Of a DNA stretch of 32,000 nucleotides, positions 6,194 to 14,284 are shown piece by piece. How positions within the stretch are numbered: position 1 is the stretch's first letter; every line of letters starts with the position of its first letter. The stretch covers positions 2,400,001 to 2,432,000 of the forward strand of contig NZ_CP017260.1 in assembly GCF_001735745.1 (NCBI RefSeq), read 5' to 3'. A model generated the notes under the pieces. That model had not been told where the DNA came from. It did no database searches and worked only from the letters and a program-made list of their open reading frames with translations. Origin of the DNA: Formosa sp. Hel1_33_131. GTDB lineage: Bacteria; Bacteroidota; Bacteroidia; Flavobacteriales; Flavobacteriaceae. Made by a program: the position numbers and the translations under genes.

Positions 6194-6255
6194 CTAAAGT
6201 GTATTTTAAATAGTAGAAACTTTAATATTCGTTCCACCAACGAGAATTTTTGGAG

Positions 6256-6903
6256 TTATTTATAATAGGCATCAATCACAGATTGCCGACCAATGGTTTT
6301 GGTAATGACATCCGCGTCTAAATTCCACCCACGGGCAGGGGAGTACTCACGGCCATACCAAATGATTTGCAAGTGCAAATCGTTCCACAATGCTTCAGGA
6401 AATAGGCGTTTGGCATCTTTTTCCGTTTGCACTACATTTTTACCATTGGTCAGGTTCCAACGGTACATGAGGCGGTGGATGTGTGTGTCCACAGGAAATG
6501 CAGGCACACCAAACGCCTGTGCCATCACCACACTCGCCGTTTTATGACCCACGGCAGGCAAGGCCTCCAAAGCACTAAAACTCTGTGGGACTTCTCCGTT
6601 ATGGGATTCTATGATAATTTTTGACAAGCCATAAATCCCTTTACTTTTCATGGGGGACAATCCACAAGGCCGTATAATAGCTTTGATCTCTTCCACCGTT
6701 AGTTTCACCATGTCATAGGGGTTGTCGGCTTTGGCAAATAGAAGGGGCGTAATCTTATTCACACGCACATCTGTACATTGTGCCGATAGCAATACTGCAA
6801 TCAAAAGGGTGTAGGGATCTTTATGGTCTAAGGGAATCGGAATCTCAGGATAAAAATCTTTTAAGGTTTTTATAACAAAATTTACCTTCTCAGTTTTTGT
6901 CAT
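6256..6903 (-). CDS. nth: Endonuclease III family HhH-GPD DNA glycosylase/lyase, lacking the C-terminal 4Fe-4S cysteines
   Basis: Start reassigned to M36 of the track ORF (ATG 6903..6901, MTKTEKVNF...). It aligns to E. coli Nth through LLIAVLLSAQCTDVRVNK, NGEVP, LEALPAVGHKTASVV (catalytic Lys) and PVDTHIHR (Asp). The C-terminus GREYSPARGWNLDADVITKTIG has no Cys. Confidence 0.88.
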   Translation of the reverse strand: MTKTEKVNFVIKTLKDFYPEIPIPLDHKDPYTLLIAVLLSAQCTDVRVNKITPLLFAKADNPYDMVKLTVEEIKAIIRPCGLSPMKSKGIYGLSKIIIESHNGEVPQSFSALEALPAVGHKTASVVMAQAFGVPAFPVDTHIHRLMYRWNLTNGKNVVQTEKDAKRLFPEALWNDLHLQIIWYGREYSPARGWNLDADVITKTIGRQSVIDAYYK

Positions 6904-6908
6904 TCGTT

Positions 6909-6934
6909 TATCTTTGTTGTGATAACCAAAGATA
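6909..6934. promoter_or_regulatory. Two opposed perfect -7 boxes (TATCTTTG) forming an 8-N10-8 inverted repeat between nth and bcp
   Basis: tatctttg (6909-6916, plus strand) is 25 nt from the bcp ATG. caaagata (6927-6934, TATCTTTG on minus) is 24 nt from the nth ATG. Confidence 0.45.
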
Positions 6935-6940
6935 CTAATT

Positions 6941-7393
6941 ATGACAACATTACAAATAGGCGATGCCGCTCCAAATTTTAAATCCTTAGACGAGGCGGGA
7001 AACACCATTTCTTTAGCAGATTACAAAGGAAAAAAACTCGTGTTGTTTTTCTACCCGAAAGCCAGCACTCCTGGATGCACTGTTGAAGCTTGTAATTTAA
7101 GTGACAATTACAGTCGTTTTACAGCCCAAGGTTATGATGTCCTCGGAGTGAGTGCAGACAGCGCCAAACGCCAGTCCAACTTCAAAGAGAAATATGGATT
7201 TCCCTATCCTTTGTTAGCGGATGAAGATAAAACAGTCATCAACGCCTTTGGTGTTTGGGGTCCTAAAAAATTCATGGGCAAAGAATACGACGGCATTCAC
7301 CGTACTACTTTTGTGATTGACGAAGCAGGTGTGATTGAAGACATCATTCTCAAAGTTAAAACCAAAGAACATACAGGGCAGATTTTAAAATAA
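6941..7393 (+). CDS. bcp: Thioredoxin-dependent thiol peroxidase (Bcp/PrxQ peroxiredoxin)
   Basis: 150 aa. FYPKASTPGCTVEAC carries the peroxidatic Cys, with the resolving Cys five residues later. The rest follows the typical Bcp layout. Confidence 0.92.
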   Translation: MTTLQIGDAAPNFKSLDEAGNTISLADYKGKKLVLFFYPKASTPGCTVEACNLSDNYSRFTAQGYDVLGVSADSAKRQSNFKEKYGFPYPLLADEDKTVINAFGVWGPKKFMGKEYDGIHRTTFVIDEAGVIEDIILKVKTKEHTGQILK

Positions 7394-7421
7394 GAACTTG
7401 CTTTCTTGAAAGTCCTTTTCT

Positions 7422-7521
7422 TGTCAAGCTGAACTCGTTTCAGCTTCTCACAAATTATTGAAACCAGCAATTTGAGATTCTGAAATAAACCTACCTACCG
7501 GCAGGCAGATTTAGAATGACA
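7422..7521. repeat. Composite palindromic repeat, family F3 (tgtcattctgaac type)
   Basis: The left arm is tgtcaagctgaactcgtttcagcttctc. The right arm is gagattctgaaataaacctacctaccggcaggcagatttagaatgaca. It is related to 22413-22453 and 22811-22945 and lies between convergent genes. Confidence 0.75.
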
Positions 7522-7569
7522 AATTCGTCTTTTTTTCTGATTCCTCCTTTATGAATTCAGAGAGCACTT

Positions 7570-9006
7570 CTAAGTTTCGTACCCAAATAATTTTTGTTCT
7601 TTGATGATATCAGAAACCCCTTCTGGGAGCATTGCTTCCCAACCCGGTTCAGCATTCGAAATCATTTTCAAGACTTTTCTGGAGAAAATATTCAGAATTT
7701 CAGGATCGTAATTTTTAATATCCACCAGTTTTCCATTGAATTTGAAATACTTATAAAGTTCTTTCATACGCGGATGTACTTTCAGATCTTCACTGGTGGT
7801 CATGGTGTTGTTTTCATTTAACATGGGATACAAATAGATTTTAAGATCCTTGTTAAAGAGTTTTCCAAACGCCTCCAAAATACCACCACTTAAATGGCGG
7901 TAATATTTCTCATCAAAAATATCAATTAAGTTATTGATCCCCATCGATAAGCCCATACGGTTTTTGGTATAGAGATTGAAATATTCTACAAGTTTGTAAT
8001 ACTCTTGAAAGTTAGAAATCAGTACCGTTTGTCCCAGAGAACCCAACAGTCGCGCGCGGTCCATAAAGTCTTGTTCGTCAATTTCACCCCCAGAAGCCCT
8101 GAGGTTGGATAAGGTGATTTCAAAAACCACGCGCGTATTTTCTTTTTGGACTTTATTCTCGTTTAAAAACATTTGATATGATTTCTCATACATATCCATG
8201 TTAACCTTTGTAACAGGTCTGAAACTTCCTCTAAAGGCTAAGATGTTTTTCTTATACAACACCCGTGCTGGCAGTACATTATTGCCATCAGGAGCAAACA
8301 TGACGGCATCCGTCATTCCATTTTTTAAGAGCTGTAAACTCATCAGTCGGTTATCGACCTCTTTAAAGTCAGGTCCAGAAAAATTAATTGTATCAATTTC
8401 TAACTGGTCTTTATCAATGTGATCGTATAGGTATCTTAATAATTTTTTTGGTTGATTGTATTTATAAAACGCACCATATATCAGGTTGGTTCCTAGTTTT
8501 CCAAGCGTTTCTTGTTGGAGTCGTGCATCGGTTTCTTTAAAACGGACGTGCAGTGTGATTTCGTTGTATTCTTCTTGTTGGGCATCAATTTGATAGCGGA
8601 TTCCAACCCATCCATGTCCTTTAAAACGTTTTGCAAAATCAATCGTTGCGACGGTATTTGCATAACTAAAAAACATTTTATTAGGATATTCATCACGAGA
8701 AAGACGATCTTCAATCAACATCACTTCATGAGACAGCATTTTTTTCAAGCGATCTTCGGTTACATACCGATTCTCCTTTTCAGTTCCATAAATAGCATCA
8801 CTAAAGGATTTGTCGTAAGCAGACATGGCTTTTGCAATGGTTCCTGAAGCACCTCCAGCTCTGAAAAAATGCCTTACCGTTTCTTGTCCGGCACCAATTT
8901 CCGCAAAAGTTCCGTAGATATTTTCATTCAAATTTATTCTTAAAGCTTTGTCTTTTAATGAAGGAATGCTTTCAATGATAGCATCTCCTTTAAGCGTTAT
9001 TTCCAT
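7570..9006 (-). CDS. Conserved protein of unknown function (478 aa)
   Basis: A long clean ORF: MEITLKGDAIIESIP...IYGTFAEIGAGQETVRHFFRAGGASGTIAKAMSAYDK... From memory, flavobacterial homologues are often auto-annotated as nicotinate-nucleotide adenylyltransferase. I see no nucleotidyltransferase (H/T)xGH motif, so the function is left open. Confidence 0.8.
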   Translation of the reverse strand: MEITLKGDAIIESIPSLKDKALRINLNENIYGTFAEIGAGQETVRHFFRAGGASGTIAKAMSAYDKSFSDAIYGTEKENRYVTEDRLKKMLSHEVMLIEDRLSRDEYPNKMFFSYANTVATIDFAKRFKGHGWVGIRYQIDAQQEEYNEITLHVRFKETDARLQQETLGKLGTNLIYGAFYKYNQPKKLLRYLYDHIDKDQLEIDTINFSGPDFKEVDNRLMSLQLLKNGMTDAVMFAPDGNNVLPARVLYKKNILAFRGSFRPVTKVNMDMYEKSYQMFLNENKVQKENTRVVFEITLSNLRASGGEIDEQDFMDRARLLGSLGQTVLISNFQEYYKLVEYFNLYTKNRMGLSMGINNLIDIFDEKYYRHLSGGILEAFGKLFNKDLKIYLYPMLNENNTMTTSEDLKVHPRMKELYKYFKFNGKLVDIKNYDPEILNIFSRKVLKMISNAEPGWEAMLPEGVSDIIKEQKLFGYET

Positions 9007-9031
9007 CTTTAAAATTAACGGGGTTACCTCA

Positions 9032-9039
9032 CAAAGGTA
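9032..9039 (-). promoter_or_regulatory. Candidate -7 box (TACCTTTG) for the 478-aa gene
   Basis: The plus strand reads caaaggta, 26 nt from the ATG at 9006. Confidence 0.4.
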
Positions 9040-9071
9040 TCACTTTAGAATAGCTTACAAAAAAAATAGTC

Positions 9072-9079
9072 TATTTTTG
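9072..9079 (+). promoter_or_regulatory. Candidate -7 box (TATTTTTG) for the MBL hydrolase gene
   Basis: Perfect TAnnTTTG 18 nt upstream of the TTG start at 9097. Confidence 0.4.
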
Positions 9080-9096
9080 TTGAAATTAATCATTCA

Positions 9097-9858
9097 TTGA
9101 AAATTACATTTTTAGGCACGGGAACTTCACAAGGGATTCCAATTATTGGAAGCACGCATCCCGTATGTTTGAGTGAAGACTCTAAGGATAAACGTCTTAG
9201 GGTGTCGGCACTCGTTCAGTGGGACGGTTTTTCGGTCTTAATTGATTGTGGTCCAGACTTTAGACAACAGCTCTTACGTACCGATTGCACCCAAATAGAT
9301 GCCGTTCTGTTCACGCATGAACACAGCGATCATACCGCAGGTTTGGACGATTTACGGCCTTTTTTTTACAGACAAGGCGCCCTCGATGTGTATGCACACG
9401 AACGGGTTTTGAAATCGCTTTACAAACGTTTTGATTATATTTTTGTCACTGAAAATAAATACCCTGGTGTGCTGACTTTAAATGCACATCCAATTACGGA
9501 TGTTCCTTTTTCTGTGGGCAGAAAAAAAATACAGCCCATCAACGTGCTTCACAATTCACTGCCCATTTTCGGTTTTCGAATGGATGCATTTGCCTATATA
9601 ACCGATGCAAAAACAATTTCAGACTTAGAAGTTGAAAAGCTTCAAGACTTAGATGTTTTGGTGATTAATGCCTTGCGAATTGAGCCCCATGTCTCTCATT
9701 TTAATCTCGAAGAAGCCTTGGCGTTTATCAAACTGGTCAATCCAAAAAGAGCTTTTTTGACGCACCTGAGTCATCATTTAGGCTTTCATGAAGCCGTGCA
9801 AAAAAACCTACCGCCAAACGTTTATCTCGCTTACGATCAACTACAAATATCTCTCTAA
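9097..9858 (+). CDS. MBL-fold metallo-hydrolase (PhnP/lipB-adjacent type)
   Basis: 253 aa with a TTG start. It begins MKITFLGTGTSQGIP and carries the HxHxDH motif as THEHSDHTAGLDDL. Confidence 0.88.
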   Translation: MKITFLGTGTSQGIPIIGSTHPVCLSEDSKDKRLRVSALVQWDGFSVLIDCGPDFRQQLLRTDCTQIDAVLFTHEHSDHTAGLDDLRPFFYRQGALDVYAHERVLKSLYKRFDYIFVTENKYPGVLTLNAHPITDVPFSVGRKKIQPINVLHNSLPIFGFRMDAFAYITDAKTISDLEVEKLQDLDVLVINALRIEPHVSHFNLEEALAFIKLVNPKRAFLTHLSHHLGFHEAVQKNLPPNVYLAYDQLQISL

Positions 9859-9859
9859 A

Positions 9860-10069
9860 ATGAAAGGAAAAATATACCTTTATTTATTCATGTTTTCTCT
9901 ATTAGTCAATGTGTTCCAGTACGTGAACTCCAAAGCCATTATTGATAAATATGAAAAAGACATCAAAAAATTTAAATCTAAAATTGAAGTTTTAGAAACA
10001 TCAGAAGCCACTCTTTTAGAAGCTAAAAAAGCAGCAGCAGAAGTATCTACTGTAGAACCTTCGTTATAG
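9860..10069 (+). CDS. Small membrane-anchored coiled-coil protein (69 aa)
   Basis: Start moved to the ATG at 9860, one nt after the upstream stop. Translation: MKGKIYLYLFMFSLLVNVF... followed by a K/E-rich helix. Confidence 0.5.
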   Translation: MKGKIYLYLFMFSLLVNVFQYVNSKAIIDKYEKDIKKFKSKIEVLETSEATLLEAKKAAAEVSTVEPSL

Positions 10070-10074
10070 TTGTT

Positions 10075-10728
10075 CTAAATTTTAGTTGAAATCCAATCTC
10101 TTAATTCATAGAAATTTTGAGGAGCAACACCATGTCCCACAGGGAATTCGCTATAGGAATGTTGGATGTTTAAAGACTTCAAAAACACAGGCGTTTGTCG
10201 TGCCCAATCGATGGGGATCACTTGATCGACAGTTCCATGAGAACAGTAGAAATTCAGGTTTGAATAATCCATTTCCTTTAAATTATTAGGTAAAATATCA
10301 TGGTTCACATACCCACTCAAGCCAATGATGTTTTTAATTTTTGTGGGGTGATTCAAAGCTGTTGCCATTCCTAAAATGGTGCCTTGACTAAAGCCCAATA
10401 GCGTCACATTATTTTGATCTACGGGATACTGTTTACAAGCGTCGTCAATACAATCGACCAAAATTTTCATAGAAGATTTCGCCTGATCGTTATCGTTCCA
10501 TTTATTTTGTTCTGCATCAAAATTAATCGCATACCAAGCATTTCCACTCGGTTGGAGTGCGTAAGGAGCTCTTATGGAGATAATGAACAACTCTTCTGGA
10601 AGTTCAGAGGCAAACGAAAATAAATCATTTTCATCGCTGCCATAGCCATGAAGCATCACTAATAAGGGTGCATTTTCTTTGAGTGTGGACGGTCTGGAAA
10701 TATGAACTAAAGGGAGTTTTACACTCAT
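10075..10728 (-). CDS. Phospholipase/carboxylesterase family alpha/beta hydrolase
   Basis: 217 aa with LVMLHGYGSDENDL, the nucleophile elbow GFSQGT, and later GTVDQVIP and GHG. Confidence 0.88.
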   Translation of the reverse strand: MSVKLPLVHISRPSTLKENAPLLVMLHGYGSDENDLFSFASELPEELFIISIRAPYALQPSGNAWYAINFDAEQNKWNDNDQAKSSMKILVDCIDDACKQYPVDQNNVTLLGFSQGTILGMATALNHPTKIKNIIGLSGYVNHDILPNNLKEMDYSNLNFYCSHGTVDQVIPIDWARQTPVFLKSLNIQHSYSEFPVGHGVAPQNFYELRDWISTKI

Positions 10729-11061
10729 TTATTTAATATTTTTAAAAGCGTTTTGATAGAATTTTCCAACCAAAGGGATTGGGATCATTTTCTCTGATAA
10801 TGCTGTCGAAAATCCATAAATAAATAGAATTCCAAACGCCATCCAAAATGAAATGGTAATTTGCAAATTATCAAAGTGTCCTACAGTGTAGCCCAACGCC
10901 ATTAACGTCAGCCATAAACCCAAAGACTGGCGGATGTGGAAATAGGCGAATTGGCTTTTTGTATCCGCATTTGAATTGTAGGCGATAATCACTCCTATCA
11001 ACCAAAAATAACTTATAAGCGCACTGGTTTTTCCAGACTTAACATCTTGATTTTCTATCAT
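10729..11061 (-). CDS. Small integral membrane protein (DUF4870-like)
   Basis: 110 aa with three hydrophobic segments and a FHIRQSLGLWL motif. Its start overlaps the upstream stop (TAATG), and the next gene begins immediately after its own stop. Confidence 0.65.
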   Translation of the reverse strand: MIENQDVKSGKTSALISYFWLIGVIIAYNSNADTKSQFAYFHIRQSLGLWLTLMALGYTVGHFDNLQITISFWMAFGILFIYGFSTALSEKMIPIPLVGKFYQNAFKNIK

Positions 11062-12317
11062 TAAAGAGGTATTGAAGTGGTGTTGTTCGCAATGATGCCA
11101 TAAACTTTTCCTTTTAGTTTTGAACCTATAAAAAGCGAGTTTTTTGATTTTGAACCGATGTGTTTTTCTTCAAAAACATAGGTTTCTGAAGGATTGAACA
11201 AAGTCAGTTGTGCGCTGCTTCCAATGTGAATGGCATCTGTTTTTAAACCAAAACGTTGCTTTCCTTTCGTCAGTAATTGCACCGCTTTTTTGGTTGTAAA
11301 TAAGGCATTCAAAACGCCAAAAGCACTTTCCAATCCGACCGTGCCATTTTTGGCATAATCAAATTCTATTTTTTTGTACTCAATATCAATCGGGTTATGA
11401 TCCGATGTGACCATATCTATAGTACCGTCTTTGACTCCCGCAATAAGTGCTTCTATATCTGATTGTGTTCGTAAGGGAGGATTCACTTTAAAGTTGGTGT
11501 CAAAGTCGTTTAAACTTTCATCTGTAAACAGTAAGTTGTGGATGGCGACACTACAACTGACGTCTAGTTTTTTAGCTTTGGCTTCCCGAATTAAATCCAC
11601 TGATTTTGCAGTAGATATTGTCGGTATGTGTAGTTTTCCGTCGGTATATTCTAGGAGAAATAAATCACGTGCAATTTGCAATTCTTCTGCCAATGCTGGC
11701 AATCCTTTCAATCCGAGTCGTGTGCTCGTTATATTTTCATTCATCACTCCTTTTGTGGCCACTCTTGATTCGTGTGGAAAAGAGTGTACCAAGCCGTCAA
11801 AACTAGATGCATATTGCAAGGCTATTTTGAGGAGGTTCGGATTTTCAATTGGGTTTTTATAATCTCCAAAAGCGATGCTTCCAGCGGATTTCATGTCAAA
11901 TAATTCGGCAAGATCAACCCCTTCGCTTCCTTTGGTGAGCGCTCCAATAGGGTGGAGGTTGGTCGCAGAATTTGCAGCTTTAGACTTCACAAACGCAATG
12001 TCTGAATGCGAGTCAATCACCGGATTTGTATTCGCATTGAGAGCGATGTCTGTAAACCCAGAGGCCGCCGCTACTTGTAATCCATTTGCAATTGTTTCAC
12101 GTTCTTCATACCCTGGCTCTCCAAACGATACACTGCTGTCAAACCATCCACTAGATACATGGAGGTTTTCTAATGCGATTACAGGATATTTTTTTGGGTT
12201 TTTGAGAGATTTAGCAATTTGAGTAATGAAACCGTTTTCAACTAAAATGTCTTGAGTTTGATTGTGGAAATCACTTTTGTCGTCAAGAATGGTAGCTGAT
12301 TTTATAAGTACGTTCAT
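11061..12317 (-). CDS. Dihydroorotase-like amidohydrolase, probably non-catalytic (metal ligands substituted)
   Basis: 418 aa, collinear with type I DHOases: GEPGYEERETI, MPNTNP-like NANTNPVID, VNPPLR, SDHNP. The canonical D-x-H-x-H is D60-S-S62-V-S64, and other His ligands are replaced (HIPTIS, SDHNPI). Confidence 0.85.
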   Translation of the reverse strand: MNVLIKSATILDDKSDFHNQTQDILVENGFITQIAKSLKNPKKYPVIALENLHVSSGWFDSSVSFGEPGYEERETIANGLQVAAASGFTDIALNANTNPVIDSHSDIAFVKSKAANSATNLHPIGALTKGSEGVDLAELFDMKSAGSIAFGDYKNPIENPNLLKIALQYASSFDGLVHSFPHESRVATKGVMNENITSTRLGLKGLPALAEELQIARDLFLLEYTDGKLHIPTISTAKSVDLIREAKAKKLDVSCSVAIHNLLFTDESLNDFDTNFKVNPPLRTQSDIEALIAGVKDGTIDMVTSDHNPIDIEYKKIEFDYAKNGTVGLESAFGVLNALFTTKKAVQLLTKGKQRFGLKTDAIHIGSSAQLTLFNPSETYVFEEKHIGSKSKNSLFIGSKLKGKVYGIIANNTTSIPL

Positions 12318-14239
12318 TTAAAATATTTTAAGATGAGCATTTCAAAAGCTAATAATATTAGTGCAAAAATAACAAACCATTTCCATAACCAAGTCACATT
12401 CGCCTCAATTTTTATATTTTTAAGTGTCGCTTCCAAAGAATTCTCAATCAAAACCCCTTGTATTTTTGAGAGATCGGAATAGCGTAATTGGCTTTCAGTC
12501 CGAGTATAGTTATAACTCACATGGGTCAGGGTGTCCGTATCTTTTAAGATGGAAAAGTGTCCAGGCTCACTAGGATCGTTTGTTGTGGTGATGCTGACTT
12601 TGGTGTTGAAATTTGTTTGTAAAGGAATGAATTGAGCGTCTTTGTTTGCTAATTTTAAAATCCGGTCTTTCTGTAAATTCACTTTAAGATCAAACGTATT
12701 TTCTGCGCCAATCCAATAGTAAAGCGGTGGTGTTTTTAAACTTGATCTTCCGATGTTATAGAGTGTAGGCACGATTAATGGAGAATTCACAAAGTTAGAA
12801 GCCTCCGTTTCTACGGGGGCTGTAAAGACAAACAAAGCTTTAAATTGAATTAAAAAAGCCTGTTGATCTTCAAAGGATAATACACTGTTAGCAGAACTAC
12901 TAATTGGATAATAATATTGAACGCTTGGGTATTGAAAATTAGTGACTTGTTCTTCAAAAACGTCTTTTAAAACGGGATGGTTAAACGCGATGTTGGTGAT
13001 GCGTTTTTCTTGAGTTGTAAGCGGTTCGAGCCTGTGGTTTGTCTGCGTTGCTAAGAGCTGGTTATAGGATTGTAAATCCCCATCTTTAGAGGGAATCATG
13101 ACGACCACGCCTCCAGCATCCATAAACGCCTTGAGACTGTTTTGTAAGGCGATTGAAATCTGGTTTAATCCATTTAAGACAATTAGATTTTGGGTTTTTA
13201 GTTGACTAAAATCGAGGGTCTTGTAATTTTGACTTTGAAATATAAATTCATCATCCGCATAGAGTTTCTTTAAAAAGGTAGAATTTGAATTTTCGTGAAT
13301 GGCCAAAACTGCTATTTTTTCGGCTTTTGGGATGTTAAAATAAAACGTATCATCATACGGCATTTGAGTATCTTCGATGGAAAGTTTGCCGTTAAACTCT
13401 ACTGTATTCGGAAGCACAAAAGTAGTTTTGTAATTCTTAGATTTTTCTAAAATTGATTTCCCAACCACTTTTTGGTCTTGGTATAAAGTCACAGGGATGG
13501 GGGCGTTCGTCTCACTCGAAGATTTACCGCTCACATTCAAGGTGTAATTAGCGTTGAGAGCGGGTTCTAAAGACACCTTATCAATATAACTATTGTTGGT
13601 GTTGATTGGTTTTAAGGGCACTAAAACGATGTGTATTGTGGAGTCTATTTTTGGGGAAATAGCGTCATCGTGTTGTTGAAAATCAGAGACGAGCACAAGT
13701 GTCTTTGAACTTGTTTTGGAATCTGAGAACAGTGCTTTCCCTTTTAGAATTAAGGTGTTTAAATCCAACTGATCTTGACTGTATTCTAGTGACAGTAAGT
13801 CTGTTTTTAACTCTTTTATAGAGGTCGATTTGTAACTTTGGTCGTTGGTGAACACTCCAATTTTTTCAGTTTCATCGAAGCCCGTCATCACATCTTGAAC
13901 CGCTCTATTTAAGAGAGATCCTTTGGGGCCAATCGCTTGCATACTGAAGGAATTGTCTAAATAAACAACGGTTTCAGAACTGTTTTTTTCTGCTGTTTGA
14001 TTGGATAGATACGGTTGGCTAAACGCTATAATGATACAGGCAATGGCTAGAAGTCTGATCAATAAAATGAGCCATTTTTTTAGTTGCGAACTCTTTCGGG
14101 TTTGAAAGCGTATTTTTTGTAATAAGGCAACATTTGTAAACGCTTGAATTTTAAAACGTCTCAGTTGAAATAAATGAATAAAAACAGGGATGAGCAGTGC
14201 TGGAAGTGCGTAAAAAAATTCTGGGTGTAAAAACTGCAT
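12314..14239 (-). CDS. BatA-N (aerotolerance regulator N-terminal, double-TM) domain protein
   Basis: 641 aa. MQFLHPEFFYALPALLIPVFIHLFQLRRFK is the TIGR02226-type N-terminus. There is also a C-terminal TM segment. An ATGA overlap joins it to the next gene. Confidence 0.85.
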   Translation of the reverse strand: MQFLHPEFFYALPALLIPVFIHLFQLRRFKIQAFTNVALLQKIRFQTRKSSQLKKWLILLIRLLAIACIIIAFSQPYLSNQTAEKNSSETVVYLDNSFSMQAIGPKGSLLNRAVQDVMTGFDETEKIGVFTNDQSYKSTSIKELKTDLLSLEYSQDQLDLNTLILKGKALFSDSKTSSKTLVLVSDFQQHDDAISPKIDSTIHIVLVPLKPINTNNSYIDKVSLEPALNANYTLNVSGKSSSETNAPIPVTLYQDQKVVGKSILEKSKNYKTTFVLPNTVEFNGKLSIEDTQMPYDDTFYFNIPKAEKIAVLAIHENSNSTFLKKLYADDEFIFQSQNYKTLDFSQLKTQNLIVLNGLNQISIALQNSLKAFMDAGGVVVMIPSKDGDLQSYNQLLATQTNHRLEPLTTQEKRITNIAFNHPVLKDVFEEQVTNFQYPSVQYYYPISSSANSVLSFEDQQAFLIQFKALFVFTAPVETEASNFVNSPLIVPTLYNIGRSSLKTPPLYYWIGAENTFDLKVNLQKDRILKLANKDAQFIPLQTNFNTKVSITTTNDPSEPGHFSILKDTDTLTHVSYNYTRTESQLRYSDLSKIQGVLIENSLEATLKNIKIEANVTWLWKWFVIFALILLAFEMLILKYFK

Positions 14240-14284
14240 CTGATGGATTGAATTGTCAAATATAAAAACTAAAATTTGATTTGG

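Noticed and set aside
6904-7008. N-terminal extension of the nth ORF (track start at 7008)
   Set aside because: The extension would overlap bcp by 68 nt, and its sequence (MVFPASSKDLKFGAASPICNVV...) is just the antisense of bcp. The internal M36 (MTKTEKV) aligns with Nth N-termini and has a -7 box 24 nt upstream.
9788-9859. Upstream extension of the 69-aa ORF
   Set aside because: The extension lies inside the MBL hydrolase gene in another frame. The ATG at 9860, one nt after the MBL stop, begins a proper hydrophobic N-terminus.
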